This document shows, piece by piece, positions 18,623 to 29,259 of a DNA stretch of 64,000 nt. The DNA is from Candidatus Aminicenantes bacterium (GTDB taxonomy: Bacteria > Acidobacteriota > Aminicenantia > Aminicenantales > Aminicenantaceae): assembly GCA_011049545.1 (NCBI GenBank), contig DRHQ01000112.1, positions 1,346 to 65,345 of the forward strand, in the 5' to 3' direction. The notes under the pieces were generated by a model. It was not told the DNA's origin and searched no databases. It was given only the letters and a program-made list of their open reading frames with translations. Both the position numbers and the translations under genes were made by a program. How positions within the stretch are numbered: position 1 is the stretch's first letter; each line of letters starts with the position of its first letter.

Positions 18623-20698
18623 ATGAACTTTAAATCACTAGCATCGATCCTTTTTATCTTCGCGTTATTTCCATTCACTTTTTCGGCGGCGCCGGACTCT
18701 GAAGAAGAAACGTCGCCTCCCCCTTTACGAATCCTGGAAATTGACGACACCTTCAAGATTAAGAATGTCGGCGGCCCCGAACTTTCGCCCGACGGCAAAT
18801 GGGTGGCTTATACGGTCACCACCCGCGATTTTGAAAAGAACAGGTCGAAAACACGCATCTGGATGATGGCGACTGACAACGGCGAGCCCATCCCCATGAC
18901 GGTCGAAGCGGTCTCCTCCCGGGCGCCGAAATTCAGCCGCGATGGGAAGAAACTATATTTCCTCTCGGCGCGCAACGGCGGCAAGTCTCAAATGTGGTCC
19001 CTCAATCTGGTCCACGGCGGTGAGGCGCAGCAAGTTACCAGTCTCAAACGAGGCGTCAGCTCGATCAACTTCTCCCGTGACGAAAAAAAACTGCTCCTGG
19101 TATTGAAAGACCCCGATCCCGACAAGGTGGACAAGGACTCCGCAAATAAAGGGGGCAAAGACTCCCCGAAAAAGTGGCCGAAAGGCAAACCCTGGGTGAT
19201 CGACCGCCTCCAGTTCAAGGCTGATTACACCGGATATCTCGACCATCGGCGCAATCACGTTTATGTATATGACATCGAATCAAAAAAACTCACCCAAGTC
19301 ACCTCCGGCGATTATGACGACTACAGTCCCGCGTGGTCGCACGACGGAAAAACCATCGCCTTCGTCAGCAACCGCACAGAAGAACCCGACGGTAATTATA
19401 ACACCGACATATGGCTCGTGGGTGCGGATAACGCGGACAAGGGTAAAAGTCTGATTCAACTGACGACTTCCCCGGGAGCTGACAATTCCCCCAAGTGGCA
19501 TCCCAATGGCAAATTCATCGCATATACTTCGGCTCCCGATGTCGAGGGCAGCAATTACGCCACCAACCATCTTGCGGTAATCGGCTCCCAGGGCGGCGAA
19601 TCCAGGCTCCTTAACGAGGACCTCGATCGCAACGTCTCGGGGCTCGAATTTTCTGAAGACGGAAAGTACATCTATTTTAATCTCGAGGACAGCGGCGAGA
19701 ATCACATCGCACGCATCCCCGCCAATGGCGGTAAAATCACCCGGCTTATAGCCGGCCAAATCAGCGCCGGCGCTTTTTCACTCGCAGACAATGGCGCCTT
19801 GGTCGCGCGGATCAGCAAACCCAAACTGCCCGGTGAGCTTTTCATCGCCGGCAAACATGGCCTTCGCCAACTGACTCATGTCAACAAGGAGCATTTCTCC
19901 AGGATCAAACTCGGCGAAACCGAGGAAATCCATTACAAGAGCCACGACGGCCTCGAGATCGAAGGATTTATTACAAAGCCCCCTTCCTTCAATCCCGCTT
20001 TTCGTTACCCCACCCTCTTGCTCATCCACGGCGGCCCCATCAGTCAATATAGCTATAGTTTTTCCTTCGAAGCCCAACTCTTCGCCGCGAACGGTTACGT
20101 GGTTGTCCGCTCCAATCCGCGCGGTTCCTCGGGCTATGGCCGGGATTTTTGCTTTGCTCTCTATCAGGGCTGGGGCGAGAAAGATTACCGCGACGTCCTG
20201 GCCGCCGTCGATCGCGCGATTGAACTCGGTTACGCCGACCCCGACCGCCTCGGCGTCGGCGGCTTTTCATATGGCGGCATCCTGACCAATTACATCATCA
20301 CCCAAACCGATCGCTTCAAGGGCGCCGTCAGCGGCGCGGGCTCTGGTCTTTATACGGCAATGTACGGCCACGATATGTGGCTTCGCTGGTATGAAGAGGA
20401 ATTTGGCCTGCCTTGGGAAAATCGCGAATTATGGGAACGTCTCTCCCCCTTCAACTATGTTCAAAACGTCACGACCCCCACGCTGTTCGCTTGCGGCGAG
20501 AAGGATTGGAACATGCCCGTCCAGAATTCCGAACAACTTTATCAGGCTCTCCGCCGCCGCGGCATCACCACCCGGCTCGTTGTCTATCCCGGCGAACACC
20601 ACGGCGGGTGGACAACCGCTCACGAAAAGGATTTTCTCGAACGGCGTCTGGCTTGGTACGATCAGTATGTGAAGGGCGAAGCGTCTGGGAAAAAATGA
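18623..20698 (+). CDS. S9 family serine peptidase (prolyl oligopeptidase / acylaminoacyl peptidase type), secreted
   Basis: GGFSYGG nucleophile elbow, GEKDWNMP (Asp) and GEHHG (His). Propeller region with repeated SPDGK/SRDGK/SHDGK/HPNGK. The ATG at 18623 gives signal peptide MNFKSLASILFIFALFPF. G+C is markedly above the flanks. Confidence 0.85.
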   Translation: MNFKSLASILFIFALFPFTFSAAPDSEEETSPPPLRILEIDDTFKIKNVGGPELSPDGKWVAYTVTTRDFEKNRSKTRIWMMATDNGEPIPMTVEAVSSRAPKFSRDGKKLYFLSARNGGKSQMWSLNLVHGGEAQQVTSLKRGVSSINFSRDEKKLLLVLKDPDPDKVDKDSANKGGKDSPKKWPKGKPWVIDRLQFKADYTGYLDHRRNHVYVYDIESKKLTQVTSGDYDDYSPAWSHDGKTIAFVSNRTEEPDGNYNTDIWLVGADNADKGKSLIQLTTSPGADNSPKWHPNGKFIAYTSAPDVEGSNYATNHLAVIGSQGGESRLLNEDLDRNVSGLEFSEDGKYIYFNLEDSGENHIARIPANGGKITRLIAGQISAGAFSLADNGALVARISKPKLPGELFIAGKHGLRQLTHVNKEHFSRIKLGETEEIHYKSHDGLEIEGFITKPPSFNPAFRYPTLLLIHGGPISQYSYSFSFEAQLFAANGYVVVRSNPRGSSGYGRDFCFALYQGWGEKDYRDVLAAVDRAIELGYADPDRLGVGGFSYGGILTNYIITQTDRFKGAVSGAGSGLYTAMYGHDMWLRWYEEEFGLPWENRELWERLSPFNYVQNVTTPTLFACGEKDWNMPVQNSEQLYQALRRRGITTRLVVYPGEHHGGWTTAHEKDFLERRLAWYDQYVKGEASGKK

Positions 20699-20902
20699 TG
20701 AGTATAAAACATCAAAAATCCCATGCGGTGTAAATATTATCCCCACCTAACTCCTTCTACAGCAGAGACTTGTCCCCCTGTCACCAATCGGTGACGTTTT
20801 CGGTGACGTAAATTGCTTAAAATCGCCTACTTTTGCCTAACGGTGAGAAAAGACAAACTTAGTCAAATAACAAATTTTCCAGGGAAAACAGAGAAGATAA
20901 GA

Positions 20903-20978
20903 TGGTGGAGCTGATGGGGATCGAACCCACGACCTCTTGACTGCCAGTCAAGCACTCTCCCAGCTGAGCTACAGCCCC
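20903..20978 (-). tRNA. tRNA-Ala (anticodon GGC), CCA encoded
   Basis: Reverse complement GGGGCTGTAGCTCAGCTGGGAGAGTGCTTGACTGGCAGTCAAGAGGTCGTGGGTTCGATCCCCATCAGCTCCACCA folds as a 76-nt cloverleaf. G3:U70 Ala identity pair; anticodon loop CTGGCAG. Confidence 0.95.
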
Positions 20979-20994
20979 ACCTAGGAATATCCAT

Positions 20995-21021
20995 ATTATA
21001 AAAAAATCAGTTTTCAGTCAA
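20995..21021 (-). promoter_or_regulatory. Candidate sigma-70 promoter for tRNA-Ala
   Basis: Minus strand reads TTGACT (21021-21016), a 15-nt spacer, then TATAAT (21000-20995), about 17 nt upstream of the mature tRNA 5' end. Confidence 0.4.
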
Positions 21022-21268
21022 GATTACTAAGGATTGAGATTTATATAGCTCTATCATTTGAATATATCAACCGGATTAATCGTAATATTTACGCCCCAAA
21101 GGAATAAGAAAACAAAAATCTAAATTTCAAAAGCCTAGAAGGTCTGTTCCTGTTGACGCTGTTGCTTAATAAAATCTCAAGTTACAGAAGTTTAAGAGGC
21201 CTGATCCCAATTTATTGTTAACAATTGATAAAAAACATGTTAAAATAGCGTTGAAAAAGGAATAAGTC

Positions 21269-23179
21269 ATGCCACCACCAAAGAAACAAGTCAAATCTTA
21301 TAGAAGCATTCTTTTCTGGATTGCTCTCGGAGTTATCCTTATCGTCTTCTGGAGCTTACTTCAAACTGCGGGCACAGTGAAAAAAGAACCACCCTTCAGT
21401 GAGTTCTTGATAGAGGTTGAAAACGACCAGGTTGAAGAAGTTACTATTGCCGGAGATCAAATCAACGGAAAGTATATCGACGGAACCTCATTTAAAACTA
21501 CAAGCCCTGATAATTTTGATGATCTGGTCAATATTCTCCGGGAACACAAAGTAAGTATCACTGTGAAATCCGCTCGAAATCCGTGGTTTTCTTATCTTTT
21601 CACCTGGTTTCCTATCATTATTCTCATCCTCTTCTGGGTATTCTTCATGCGGCAGATGCAGTCAGGTGGCAATAAGGCTCTCTCCTTTGGAAAGAGTCGG
21701 GCGAAGCTTTTTTCTGGAGGGAAGAAAAAATTCACTTTCAACGATGTGGCGGGCGTGGAAGAAGCTAAAGAGGAGCTTCAAGAGATCATCGGATTCCTGA
21801 AAGAGCCTAAAAGATTTCAAAAATTGGGAGGCCGAATTCCCAAAGGAGTGATCTTAATAGGAGCGCCCGGTACAGGCAAAACCCTCCTTGCCCGGGCAGT
21901 TGCCGGGGAAGCGAATGTTCCTTTTTTTTCGATCAGCGGCTCTGACTTTGTGGAGATGTTTGTCGGAGTGGGTGCATCTCGAGTGAGAGATCTTTTTGAT
22001 CAGGGAAAAAAACATGCTCCCTGCCTTATCTTCATAGATGAGATTGATGCTGTGGGAAGACAGAGAGGAGCAGGAATGGGTGGCGGCCATGACGAGCGCG
22101 AACAAACCCTGAATCAGCTCCTGGTAGAGATGGACGGTTTTGACTCCAACGAAGGAGTCATTCTTATTGCTGCCACTAACAGGCCCGACATTCTGGACAC
22201 TGCTCTCCTCAGACCAGGCCGGTTTGACCGGAGAATTGTCGTCAACATGCCAGATGTAAAAGGGAGAGAGGATATCCTAAAAGTTCATATTAAAAATATT
22301 CCATTAGACAAGAAAATTGATTTATCAGTGCTTGCTCGCTCTACTCCCGGATTCTCTGGAGCTGATCTGGCCAACCTTGTCAACGAGGCTGCTCTCCTTG
22401 CCGCGCGTCTTGACCAAGAGAAAGTCACCATGGAGGATATGGAAAGCGCCAAAGATAAAGTACTCATGGGAGTGGAGAGAAAGAGCATGATTATCAGCGA
22501 GGATGAGAAAAAAAGCACATCTTATCACGAAGCAGGTCATGCCCTCATAGCTTCTCTCTTACCCGAAGCAGATCCCATCCACAAAGTAACCATCATCCCC
22601 AGAGGAATGGCTTTGGGGACAACCCAGCAGTTGCCCCTGGATGACCGCTACACATACTCCAAGGACTATCTGGAAGCACAACTTTCTGTGCTTATGGGCG
22701 GGCGAGCCTCCGAAAAAATGCTCCTCGGAAAAACAACTACAGGGGCGGCTAACGACTTTGAGAAAGCAACCGATATTGCCCGCAAGATGGTCTGTCAATG
22801 GGGAATGTCCGATTTGGGACCTGTCACATTCGGCGAACGGGATGATTTAATCTTCCTCGGCAAGGAATTAGCCATGCATAAAAACTTCAGTGAAAAAACA
22901 GCTGAACTGATAGATGCGGAAGTCAAAAAAATTATCAACAGAAACTTCAAAAGAACAAAGGAACTTTTAGAAAAACACAGGAACGAATTGATAAATATTG
23001 CCAAAGCTCTTCTTGAAAAAGAAATCCTAACATCTAAAGAATTAGAAGAAATTATAAAAGGGAAAAAAATATCCACGGATAAAAAGGCATCTCTAACTTC
23101 AAAAGTCAAGGAAGAAAAACCAAAAAAAGAACCAAAAAAAATTCAGCCTTTAAAAAAGCCCGGATTGGCTAAAGCATAA
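21269..23179 (+). CDS. ftsH: ATP-dependent zinc metalloprotease FtsH
   Basis: Two TM helices, Walker A GAPGTGKT, Walker B IFIDEID, Zn motif HEAGHA. 636 aa. Confidence 0.95.
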   Translation: MPPPKKQVKSYRSILFWIALGVILIVFWSLLQTAGTVKKEPPFSEFLIEVENDQVEEVTIAGDQINGKYIDGTSFKTTSPDNFDDLVNILREHKVSITVKSARNPWFSYLFTWFPIIILILFWVFFMRQMQSGGNKALSFGKSRAKLFSGGKKKFTFNDVAGVEEAKEELQEIIGFLKEPKRFQKLGGRIPKGVILIGAPGTGKTLLARAVAGEANVPFFSISGSDFVEMFVGVGASRVRDLFDQGKKHAPCLIFIDEIDAVGRQRGAGMGGGHDEREQTLNQLLVEMDGFDSNEGVILIAATNRPDILDTALLRPGRFDRRIVVNMPDVKGREDILKVHIKNIPLDKKIDLSVLARSTPGFSGADLANLVNEAALLAARLDQEKVTMEDMESAKDKVLMGVERKSMIISEDEKKSTSYHEAGHALIASLLPEADPIHKVTIIPRGMALGTTQQLPLDDRYTYSKDYLEAQLSVLMGGRASEKMLLGKTTTGAANDFEKATDIARKMVCQWGMSDLGPVTFGERDDLIFLGKELAMHKNFSEKTAELIDAEVKKIINRNFKRTKELLEKHRNELINIAKALLEKEILTSKELEEIIKGKKISTDKKASLTSKVKEEKPKKEPKKIQPLKKPGLAKA

Positions 23180-23182
23180 AAG

Positions 23183-24085
23183 GTGAGAAAAGAGCACACC
23201 CTCCTGGTTAACGGCAAAAAATACACATTAGGCCAAAGAACCTGGATAATGGGTGTCATCAATATCACTCCTGATTCCTTCTCTGATGGGGGCCTTCACT
23301 TCGATAAAGATAAAGCTGTGGAAAGGGGATTACAGCTTCGAGAAGAAGGCTCTGATATAATCGACATAGGAGGAGAAAGCACCAAGCCTGGTTCAGAACC
23401 CATCACCGCCAAAGAAGAACTAAGGCGCGTTATCCCCGTAATCTCCGCCTTAAGAGAGAAAACGGACAGCCTGATCTCCATAGATACGACAAAGCCAGAA
23501 GTGGCTCGAGCTGCCCTGGATGCAGGTGCTGATATTATTAACGACATAAGCTCTTCTAGCTTTGATCCCAAAATGTTTTCTCTGGCAGCTCAATACGATG
23601 CGCCCATTATTCTGATGCACATGAAAGGGATACCCAGAAATATGCAGGTCAATCCTTTTTATGAAAATGTGCTGCTCGAGGTCAAATCTTTCCTAAAAGA
23701 GAAAATCGAAGTAGCTCAAGCTGCGGGGATCGAAAAAGAGAAAATCATCATAGATCCAGGAATCGGTTTTGGCAAAAGGCATAAGGACAATCTTGTTTTG
23801 ATCAAAAACCTTCATTTTTTTGAGGACCTCGATCGTCCCATCCTCATCGGAATTTCCCGAAAATCCTTTATCGGGAAAATTTTAGACTCTCCTCCACAGC
23901 AGAGGCTCGAAGGCACTATTGCTGCTGCTGTATTAAGCATCATAAATGGAGCTCATTTCCTAAGAGTCCATGATGTCGCATCTGTAAAAAGAGCAGTGCT
24001 TGTGGCTGAAACCATCATAAAAGAAGGCCAGCCTTCCGCAACTTTTGAAGAAAGTAAAGAGAAGAAAAGTAGCTATGTTTGCTGA
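23183..24085 (+). CDS. folP: Dihydropteroate synthase
   Basis: GVINITPDSFSDGG, DIGGESTKPG, SIDT and INDIS motifs. GTG start. Conserved ftsH-folP synteny. Confidence 0.9.
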   Translation: MRKEHTLLVNGKKYTLGQRTWIMGVINITPDSFSDGGLHFDKDKAVERGLQLREEGSDIIDIGGESTKPGSEPITAKEELRRVIPVISALREKTDSLISIDTTKPEVARAALDAGADIINDISSSSFDPKMFSLAAQYDAPIILMHMKGIPRNMQVNPFYENVLLEVKSFLKEKIEVAQAAGIEKEKIIIDPGIGFGKRHKDNLVLIKNLHFFEDLDRPILIGISRKSFIGKILDSPPQQRLEGTIAAAVLSIINGAHFLRVHDVASVKRAVLVAETIIKEGQPSATFEESKEKKSSYVC

Positions 24086-24848
24086 TATCATTACTTCCTT
24101 GACTCGTTTTAATATCGGAGACCTTATAGATATCATTATTGTGACCTTTATCCTGTATTACATTTTTTCTTTAATAAAGGACACCAAAGCCTATCAGATG
24201 GCCATCGGATTAGGGATAATCGGCGTTCTCTTTTTGATTTCTGAGTTGGGAAACTTAGTTGCCTTAAACTGGCTAATTAAGATATTCTCTCCCTTTCTGA
24301 TTATCGCTATCATTGTTCTATTCCAGGGAGAGATAAGAAGATTCTTAACAACTCTAGGCTCTCGTTCTTTCCGGAAACCCCTTTCTCTCAAATCCATCAC
24401 AGAAAAATTGGAAAATATCTTTTTAGCTGTCGATTATCTAGCTTCCAAGAAAATTGGGGCTCTGATTGCGGTTGAAAAAGAAATCTCTCTCAAGAGCTAT
24501 ACTGACCGAGGTACAAAAATAGATGGCGATCTCACCAAGGACCTTCTGGTCAGCATCTTTTTCCCTCATTCCCCTCTTCATGACGGAGCTGTCATAGTCC
24601 AGGGGAGCAAGATTTCTGCTGCTGGCTGTCTCCTCCCCTTGCCCGCTTCCCATAATTTAGGAAAGAAGTACCTGCCTCGAACAAGGCATTTAGCAGCCAT
24701 AGGTCTGTCTCAAGAAACAGATGCTGCTGTGATCGTCGTCTCTGAGGAAACCGGAACCGTCTCTTTGGCTACCAAAGGGCAGCTGGAAAGAAAGCTTGAC
24801 AAAGAGCATCTCAAGGAAAGGATGCTCAACTATTTACAAGTAAGATGA
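24075..24848 (+). CDS. cdaA: Diadenylate cyclase CdaA (membrane-anchored DAC domain)
   Basis: Three N-terminal TM segments. DAC motifs HDGAVIV and RHLAAIGLSQETDAAVIVVSEETG. The ATG at 24075 overlaps the folP end by 11 nt (the track ORF starts at 24045). Confidence 0.85.
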   Translation: MFADIITSLTRFNIGDLIDIIIVTFILYYIFSLIKDTKAYQMAIGLGIIGVLFLISELGNLVALNWLIKIFSPFLIIAIIVLFQGEIRRFLTTLGSRSFRKPLSLKSITEKLENIFLAVDYLASKKIGALIAVEKEISLKSYTDRGTKIDGDLTKDLLVSIFFPHSPLHDGAVIVQGSKISAAGCLLPLPASHNLGKKYLPRTRHLAAIGLSQETDAAVIVVSEETGTVSLATKGQLERKLDKEHLKERMLNYLQVR

Positions 24849-25552
24849 AAAGATTTTTCAAACGTCTGTTTTTAAAAAATTGGGGACTCAAACTCTTCTC
24901 TTTTCTTCTTGCCCTGATTCTTTGGCTGACTTTGATCACTCCAGAGAAGGTATTTTCAGATAAATGGTTGACCATTCCCTTGGAACTCCACAACATTCCT
25001 CCTGAAATGGAGCTTATGGAAAAACCCCCAGCGAGCGTTGATGTGAAAATCAGGGCATCCAAGAGCCTGATCAATGATATAACTTCAGCTAATGTCCATG
25101 CCGTGCTCAACCTCGAAAAAGCCAGTCTCGACCAGGAAGATTACCCCCTCCGCAATTACATGATCAGTATTCCTTCTGGCGCAGAAGTCAGAGAGATCCG
25201 TCAAAGTCAAGTGAGCCTCAAGTTAGAAAGGACAAGAGAAATCCTGTTGGACGTGGAAGCAAATATCATCGGCGAATTAAAAAAAGGGCTTAAAGTAGAA
25301 AACGTCGGGATCTTTCCTCCTCAAGTTCTCATCAAGGGACCAGAAAGCAAGGTCAAGGATAATTACATAGTGAGAACAAGTCCCATCGATATTTCCTCGC
25401 TCACCGAAACCACCGAACTTGAAGCAGATCTCATCCTTCCCAACCCTGACCTTAGATTGGCCTCCGCACAGACAAAGGTAAGAGTCAGGATCTTGATTCA
25501 GGAAGAAAATCCTGAAACTAAGAGTGGGAAGAAGAAAACACAAAAGAAATAA
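24845..25552 (+). CDS. cdaR: CdaA regulatory protein (YbbR-like domains)
   Basis: N-terminal TM helix, 4-nt ATGA overlap with cdaA, and the conserved cdaA-cdaR-glmM position. Confidence 0.7.
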   Translation: MKRFFKRLFLKNWGLKLFSFLLALILWLTLITPEKVFSDKWLTIPLELHNIPPEMELMEKPPASVDVKIRASKSLINDITSANVHAVLNLEKASLDQEDYPLRNYMISIPSGAEVREIRQSQVSLKLERTREILLDVEANIIGELKKGLKVENVGIFPPQVLIKGPESKVKDNYIVRTSPIDISSLTETTELEADLILPNPDLRLASAQTKVRVRILIQEENPETKSGKKKTQKK

Positions 25553-25561
25553 TTTTTTTCC

Positions 25562-25589
25562 TTGAATCCGCTTGTTTTTTAGCTATAAT
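25562..25589 (+). promoter_or_regulatory. Candidate sigma-70 promoter for glmM
   Basis: TTGAAT (25562-25567), 16-nt spacer, TATAAT (25584-25589), 30 nt upstream of the glmM ATG. Confidence 0.5.
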
Positions 25590-25619
25590 CTATTTTCGAA
25601 TTAAGGGATCAACTTTAAA

Positions 25620-26960
25620 ATGGAAAAACTTTTTGGCACAGATGGAATAAGAGCAGTGGCTGGCCAGTCGCCTCTCGATTATTCCTCGGTATATGCCTTA
25701 GGAAAAGCGCTGATCGCCCTTCTTAAAGAAGGAGGTTTTAAACCGCGGGTTATCATCGGCCGGGATACTCGAGAGTCAGGAGAATGGCTTGAGCAGGCTT
25801 TATTCCAGGGAGTAAATGAAGGGCAGGGAGAAGCTGTTTCCGTTGGTATCATCCCCACATCTGCGGTTTCTTTCCTGGCAAAAAAATATTCCTTTTCCGC
25901 GGGAATTGTCATTTCCGCCTCTCACAATTCTTATCAAGATAACGGCATTAAAATCTTTTCATCTCAGGGGATAAAAATTTCGGATGCGTGGGAAAGCAAA
26001 CTTGAAAAGGCTATAATAGAAGCTCCTTCAAACGTTAAAAGAGAAAACACCAGGATAACTCCCCAGTCTTCTTTAGGGCAGGACTACGTGGATTTTCTGA
26101 AGAGCCGGTTTTCTCATGTCAACCTCAAAAGAAAAATCAAAGTTGTCCTCGACTGCTCGAATGGAGCCAGTTCCTTGTTTGCTTCTCAAGTTTTTTTAGG
26201 TTTGGGCTCTGAGGTCATCGCTATGGGTAACACTCCTGACGGGAAAAACATCAATGCCAACTGCGGCTCTCTCTATCCGCAGAATCTAGCCCGGAAAGTA
26301 GTCGAGAGTAAGGCAGATATTGGAGTCGCCTATGACGGGGATGCAGATAGAGCTATATGGGTAGATGAGAAGGGCAGAATCTTGAATGGTGACCACACTC
26401 TTTTTGTCCTATCCCGATTCATGAAGGAAAAAGGACGTTTGAAATCGGATTATGTCATAGCTACAGCCATGAGCAATATGGGTTTAGAGAAAGCCTTAGA
26501 AAAGTTAGATTTAAAGCTTTTGCGAACGCAGGTTGGCGATAAATATGTCCTTGAAGAAATGATGAAATTGAAGGCCAACCTGGGTGGAGAGCAATCGGGT
26601 CACACGATTTTCCTGGATGATTGCCCAACAGGAGATGGAATCCTGACCAGTTTAAAAATGCTGGAAGCTATGGCTGCGTACAATCTTCCTTTATCCAAGT
26701 TAGTGGAAGACTTGGAAGAATATCCTCAAATTCTTCTGAATGTCCCGGTTCAAAAAAAGACCGATTTCGATCAATTTCCAGAAATAATAAATGCTAAGGA
26801 AGAGATCGAAAAGCGATTGGGAGATTCTGGACGATTGAATGTTCGCTACTCAGGAACTGAACCAGTTGCCCGAGTGATGATCGAAGGCCAGGACAAAGGC
26901 GAGATAGAAGACTACGCCAGCCAAATGGCCAGTGTCATCTCCAAGTATCTGGGAAGTTGA
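25620..26960 (+). CDS. glmM: Phosphoglucosamine mutase
   Basis: Phosphoserine loop SASHNSYQDNGIK, Mg loop YDGDADR, sugar loop GGEQSGH. 446 aa. Confidence 0.92.
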   Translation: MEKLFGTDGIRAVAGQSPLDYSSVYALGKALIALLKEGGFKPRVIIGRDTRESGEWLEQALFQGVNEGQGEAVSVGIIPTSAVSFLAKKYSFSAGIVISASHNSYQDNGIKIFSSQGIKISDAWESKLEKAIIEAPSNVKRENTRITPQSSLGQDYVDFLKSRFSHVNLKRKIKVVLDCSNGASSLFASQVFLGLGSEVIAMGNTPDGKNINANCGSLYPQNLARKVVESKADIGVAYDGDADRAIWVDEKGRILNGDHTLFVLSRFMKEKGRLKSDYVIATAMSNMGLEKALEKLDLKLLRTQVGDKYVLEEMMKLKANLGGEQSGHTIFLDDCPTGDGILTSLKMLEAMAAYNLPLSKLVEDLEEYPQILLNVPVQKKTDFDQFPEIINAKEEIEKRLGDSGRLNVRYSGTEPVARVMIEGQDKGEIEDYASQMASVISKYLGS

Positions 26961-26967
26961 AAAGAAT

Positions 26968-26992
26968 GAAAAAGGGGCCTGTCCCCTTTTAT
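26968..26992 (+). terminator. Rho-independent terminator-like hairpin after glmM
   Basis: AAAAGGGG-CCTGT-CCCCTTTT directly after the glmM stop. Confidence 0.55.
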
Positions 26993-27006
26993 AGAGGGAG
27001 GAGAAA

Positions 27007-27723
27007 ATGAAACTCGCCGTCAACGTGGATCATTTTGCAACAATAAGAGAAGCCCGGCACAGTCATGAGCCAGAACCCATTCTGGCGGCTCTCTTAGCAG
27101 AGCAGGCAGGGGCAGATGGTATTGTTTGTCACTTAAGAGGAGACAGGCGCCACATCAAAGAAAGGGACTTAAAGGTGCTAAGAGAAGTTGTCAAAACCAA
27201 GCTTAACTTAGAGATGGCTGCAACAGAAGAAATGAAGAAAATTGCTTTCTCGATAAAACCTGATATAGTCTCTTTGGTACCCGAGCGTGAAGAGGAATTG
27301 ACTACAGAAGGGGGGCTGGATGTTCTGTCGAACGAGAAGCATCTGACTCCTTTTATCTGGGACATAAAAAAGGCAGGGATAAAAGTCAGTATTTTTGTCG
27401 ATCCTGATCTAAAGCAAATCGAAGTCTGTCACAAGGTTGACGTAACTCTCATCGAACTTAATACTGGAAAATACGCAGATTTAAAACCAGGAAAGGAACG
27501 ACAGGAAGCTCTTGCTGAGATTAAAAAGGCAGCTGAACGCAGCCATGAATTGGGCCTTGAAATTCACGCTGGCCATGGACTGGATTATAAAAATGTCCTC
27601 CCTGTTGCTGCTATCCCTGAAATTAAAGAACTTAGCATCGGCTTCTCCATCGTGGCTCGATCCGCTATGGTAGGAATAGAGAAGGCCGTTAAAGAAATGA
27701 TAGCCCTCATCGAAAAATATTAA
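27007..27723 (+). CDS. pdxJ: Pyridoxine 5'-phosphate synthase
   Basis: N-terminal VNVDHFATIREAR, 238 aa TIM-barrel size. GGAGG upstream. Confidence 0.92.
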   Translation: MKLAVNVDHFATIREARHSHEPEPILAALLAEQAGADGIVCHLRGDRRHIKERDLKVLREVVKTKLNLEMAATEEMKKIAFSIKPDIVSLVPEREEELTTEGGLDVLSNEKHLTPFIWDIKKAGIKVSIFVDPDLKQIEVCHKVDVTLIELNTGKYADLKPGKERQEALAEIKKAAERSHELGLEIHAGHGLDYKNVLPVAAIPEIKELSIGFSIVARSAMVGIEKAVKEMIALIEKY

Positions 27724-27734
27724 GGTAGGTCAAC

Positions 27735-28961
27735 ATGGACATCAAAATAAACCTTGATCGATTGAAAGGCGATATTGAATCTCTTGCCGAAATCGGCAGT
27801 GATCCGAATGGCGGAATAACCAGACCCTCTTTCAGCAAGGCTGATCTTGAAGCACAGGCCTGGCTCAAAGAGAAGATAAAAAGCGCCGGATTTTTCTTTC
27901 GTCAGGACGGAGCAGGCAACATATTTGGCCGGCTGGAAGGAAAAGGAAAAACAATAATGGCCGGCTCCCATATAGATTCTGTAATTAACGGCGGAAAATT
28001 TGACGGTCCGGTCGGAGTTCTGTCAGCTCTTGAATGCATGAGAAGAATTGAAGAAGAGGGTTTGTGCCTTTCGAAACCTCTGGAGGTTGCTTCTTTCACG
28101 GATGAGGAAGGAAACCTTGTGGGTGATTTCCTGGGTAGCCGCGCTTTCACAGGACAGCTAAATCAAGAAATTTTAGAAAAAGATCTCACCCAATTCGGTA
28201 CTACTCTTCCAGAAATTTTAAAAAGCACTGAATTTTCCATCGAAAGCATCATGGAGGCTCACAAGAAGAGGCCGGATATAGAGGCTTTTCTTGAAATCCA
28301 TATCGAACAGGGCATTGTGCTTGAGGCAGAAAACAAGTCCATAGGAATTGTGGACCACATTGCAGGAAAGCGTCACAAATCGTGTTCTTTTTTAGGAGAA
28401 GCAAGCCATTCGGGGACCACACCCCTTGAGCTTCGTCATGATGCTTTCCTGGGCTTAGCAGACTTTGCCCTCAAGAGTACCCAGCATGTGGCGACAAAAC
28501 ACTACGGAAGCATGGTGACAATAGGCAGAGTCAATGTGAGACCCGGAGCTTTCAGTGTTGTCCCTGGTCAAGTTGATTTTTCGCTTGATTTCAGGAGCAC
28601 ATCAAAGGAAACACTCGAGGAACTTGAAAAATCGTTCTCGGCTCTTGCTGAGGATATTGCCTCGACGCGAGGACTCAACTTCGCTTCAAAGATTGTGGAT
28701 AAGACAGATCCTGTAAGCATTCCTTCGCGGATAATAGATATAATAAAGGAAGAATCCGAGAAGCTGGGGTACCCGTTCATGACACTTCCCAGCGGCGCAG
28801 GACACGATGCTCAGATTTTAGCAAGCGTTGCCGAACCTGGAATGATATTCATCCCCTGTCTGGACGGAATAAGCCACTCGCCGCAGGAGGTAATAAAATG
28901 GGAAGACTTAGAAAAAGGGGCAAACTTGCTCCTCCAGGTCATCCTGAGACTGGCAAGTTAA
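27735..28961 (+). CDS. M20-family amidase (N-carbamoyl-L-amino-acid / allantoate amidohydrolase type)
   Basis: GSHIDSVINGGKFDGPVG metal motif, FTDEEG, SGAGHDA. 408 aa. Confidence 0.8.
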   Translation: MDIKINLDRLKGDIESLAEIGSDPNGGITRPSFSKADLEAQAWLKEKIKSAGFFFRQDGAGNIFGRLEGKGKTIMAGSHIDSVINGGKFDGPVGVLSALECMRRIEEEGLCLSKPLEVASFTDEEGNLVGDFLGSRAFTGQLNQEILEKDLTQFGTTLPEILKSTEFSIESIMEAHKKRPDIEAFLEIHIEQGIVLEAENKSIGIVDHIAGKRHKSCSFLGEASHSGTTPLELRHDAFLGLADFALKSTQHVATKHYGSMVTIGRVNVRPGAFSVVPGQVDFSLDFRSTSKETLEELEKSFSALAEDIASTRGLNFASKIVDKTDPVSIPSRIIDIIKEESEKLGYPFMTLPSGAGHDAQILASVAEPGMIFIPCLDGISHSPQEVIKWEDLEKGANLLLQVILRLAS

Positions 28962-28965
28962 TCTT
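28909..28965 (+). repeat. 57-bp direct repeat, copy 1 (3' end of the M20 amidase gene)
   Basis: tagaaaaaggggcaaacTtgctcctccaggtcatcctgagactggcaaGttaatctt. Copy 2 at 31481-31537 differs at 2 positions. Confidence 0.9.
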
Positions 28966-29259
28966 TATCACAGATTACTCTGCAAGAAATAGAATCATCA
29001 ATCATCGCAAGCTTACCTTGCATAGATGAGAATCAGTAGCCGCAGGCACAAAAACCAGGTTCCTATATTTCATTTTGGCATTATTGAAAGAGCGGCTGCA
29101 CTTTCCACTGCCTCATTTATGAAAGTCCGACAAAGATATAACAATAAAAATGCAGTGCTTCTAATTGCATGAAAGAAAATCAGTTTAAATACATTAAAGA
29201 AGGTTCTTGGTAACGGTGAATTGAAAAAATAAGAAATTCAAGAAAAGGAGATATTAAAC

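Noticed and set aside
20775-20830. Palindrome GTCACC-AATC-GGTGAC and direct GGTGACG repeats downstream of the first S9 gene, as a possible recombinase site.
   Set aside because: No recombinase gene is nearby, and the hairpin is equally compatible with a simple terminator for the S9 gene.
23183-24085. folP as the missing pterin-binding methyltransferase (AcsE) of the acs cluster.
   Set aside because: It has the DHPS motifs (GVINITPDSFSDGG, DIGGESTKPG), sits in the conserved ftsH-folP-cdaA-cdaR-glmM synteny, and is 16 kb from the acs genes.
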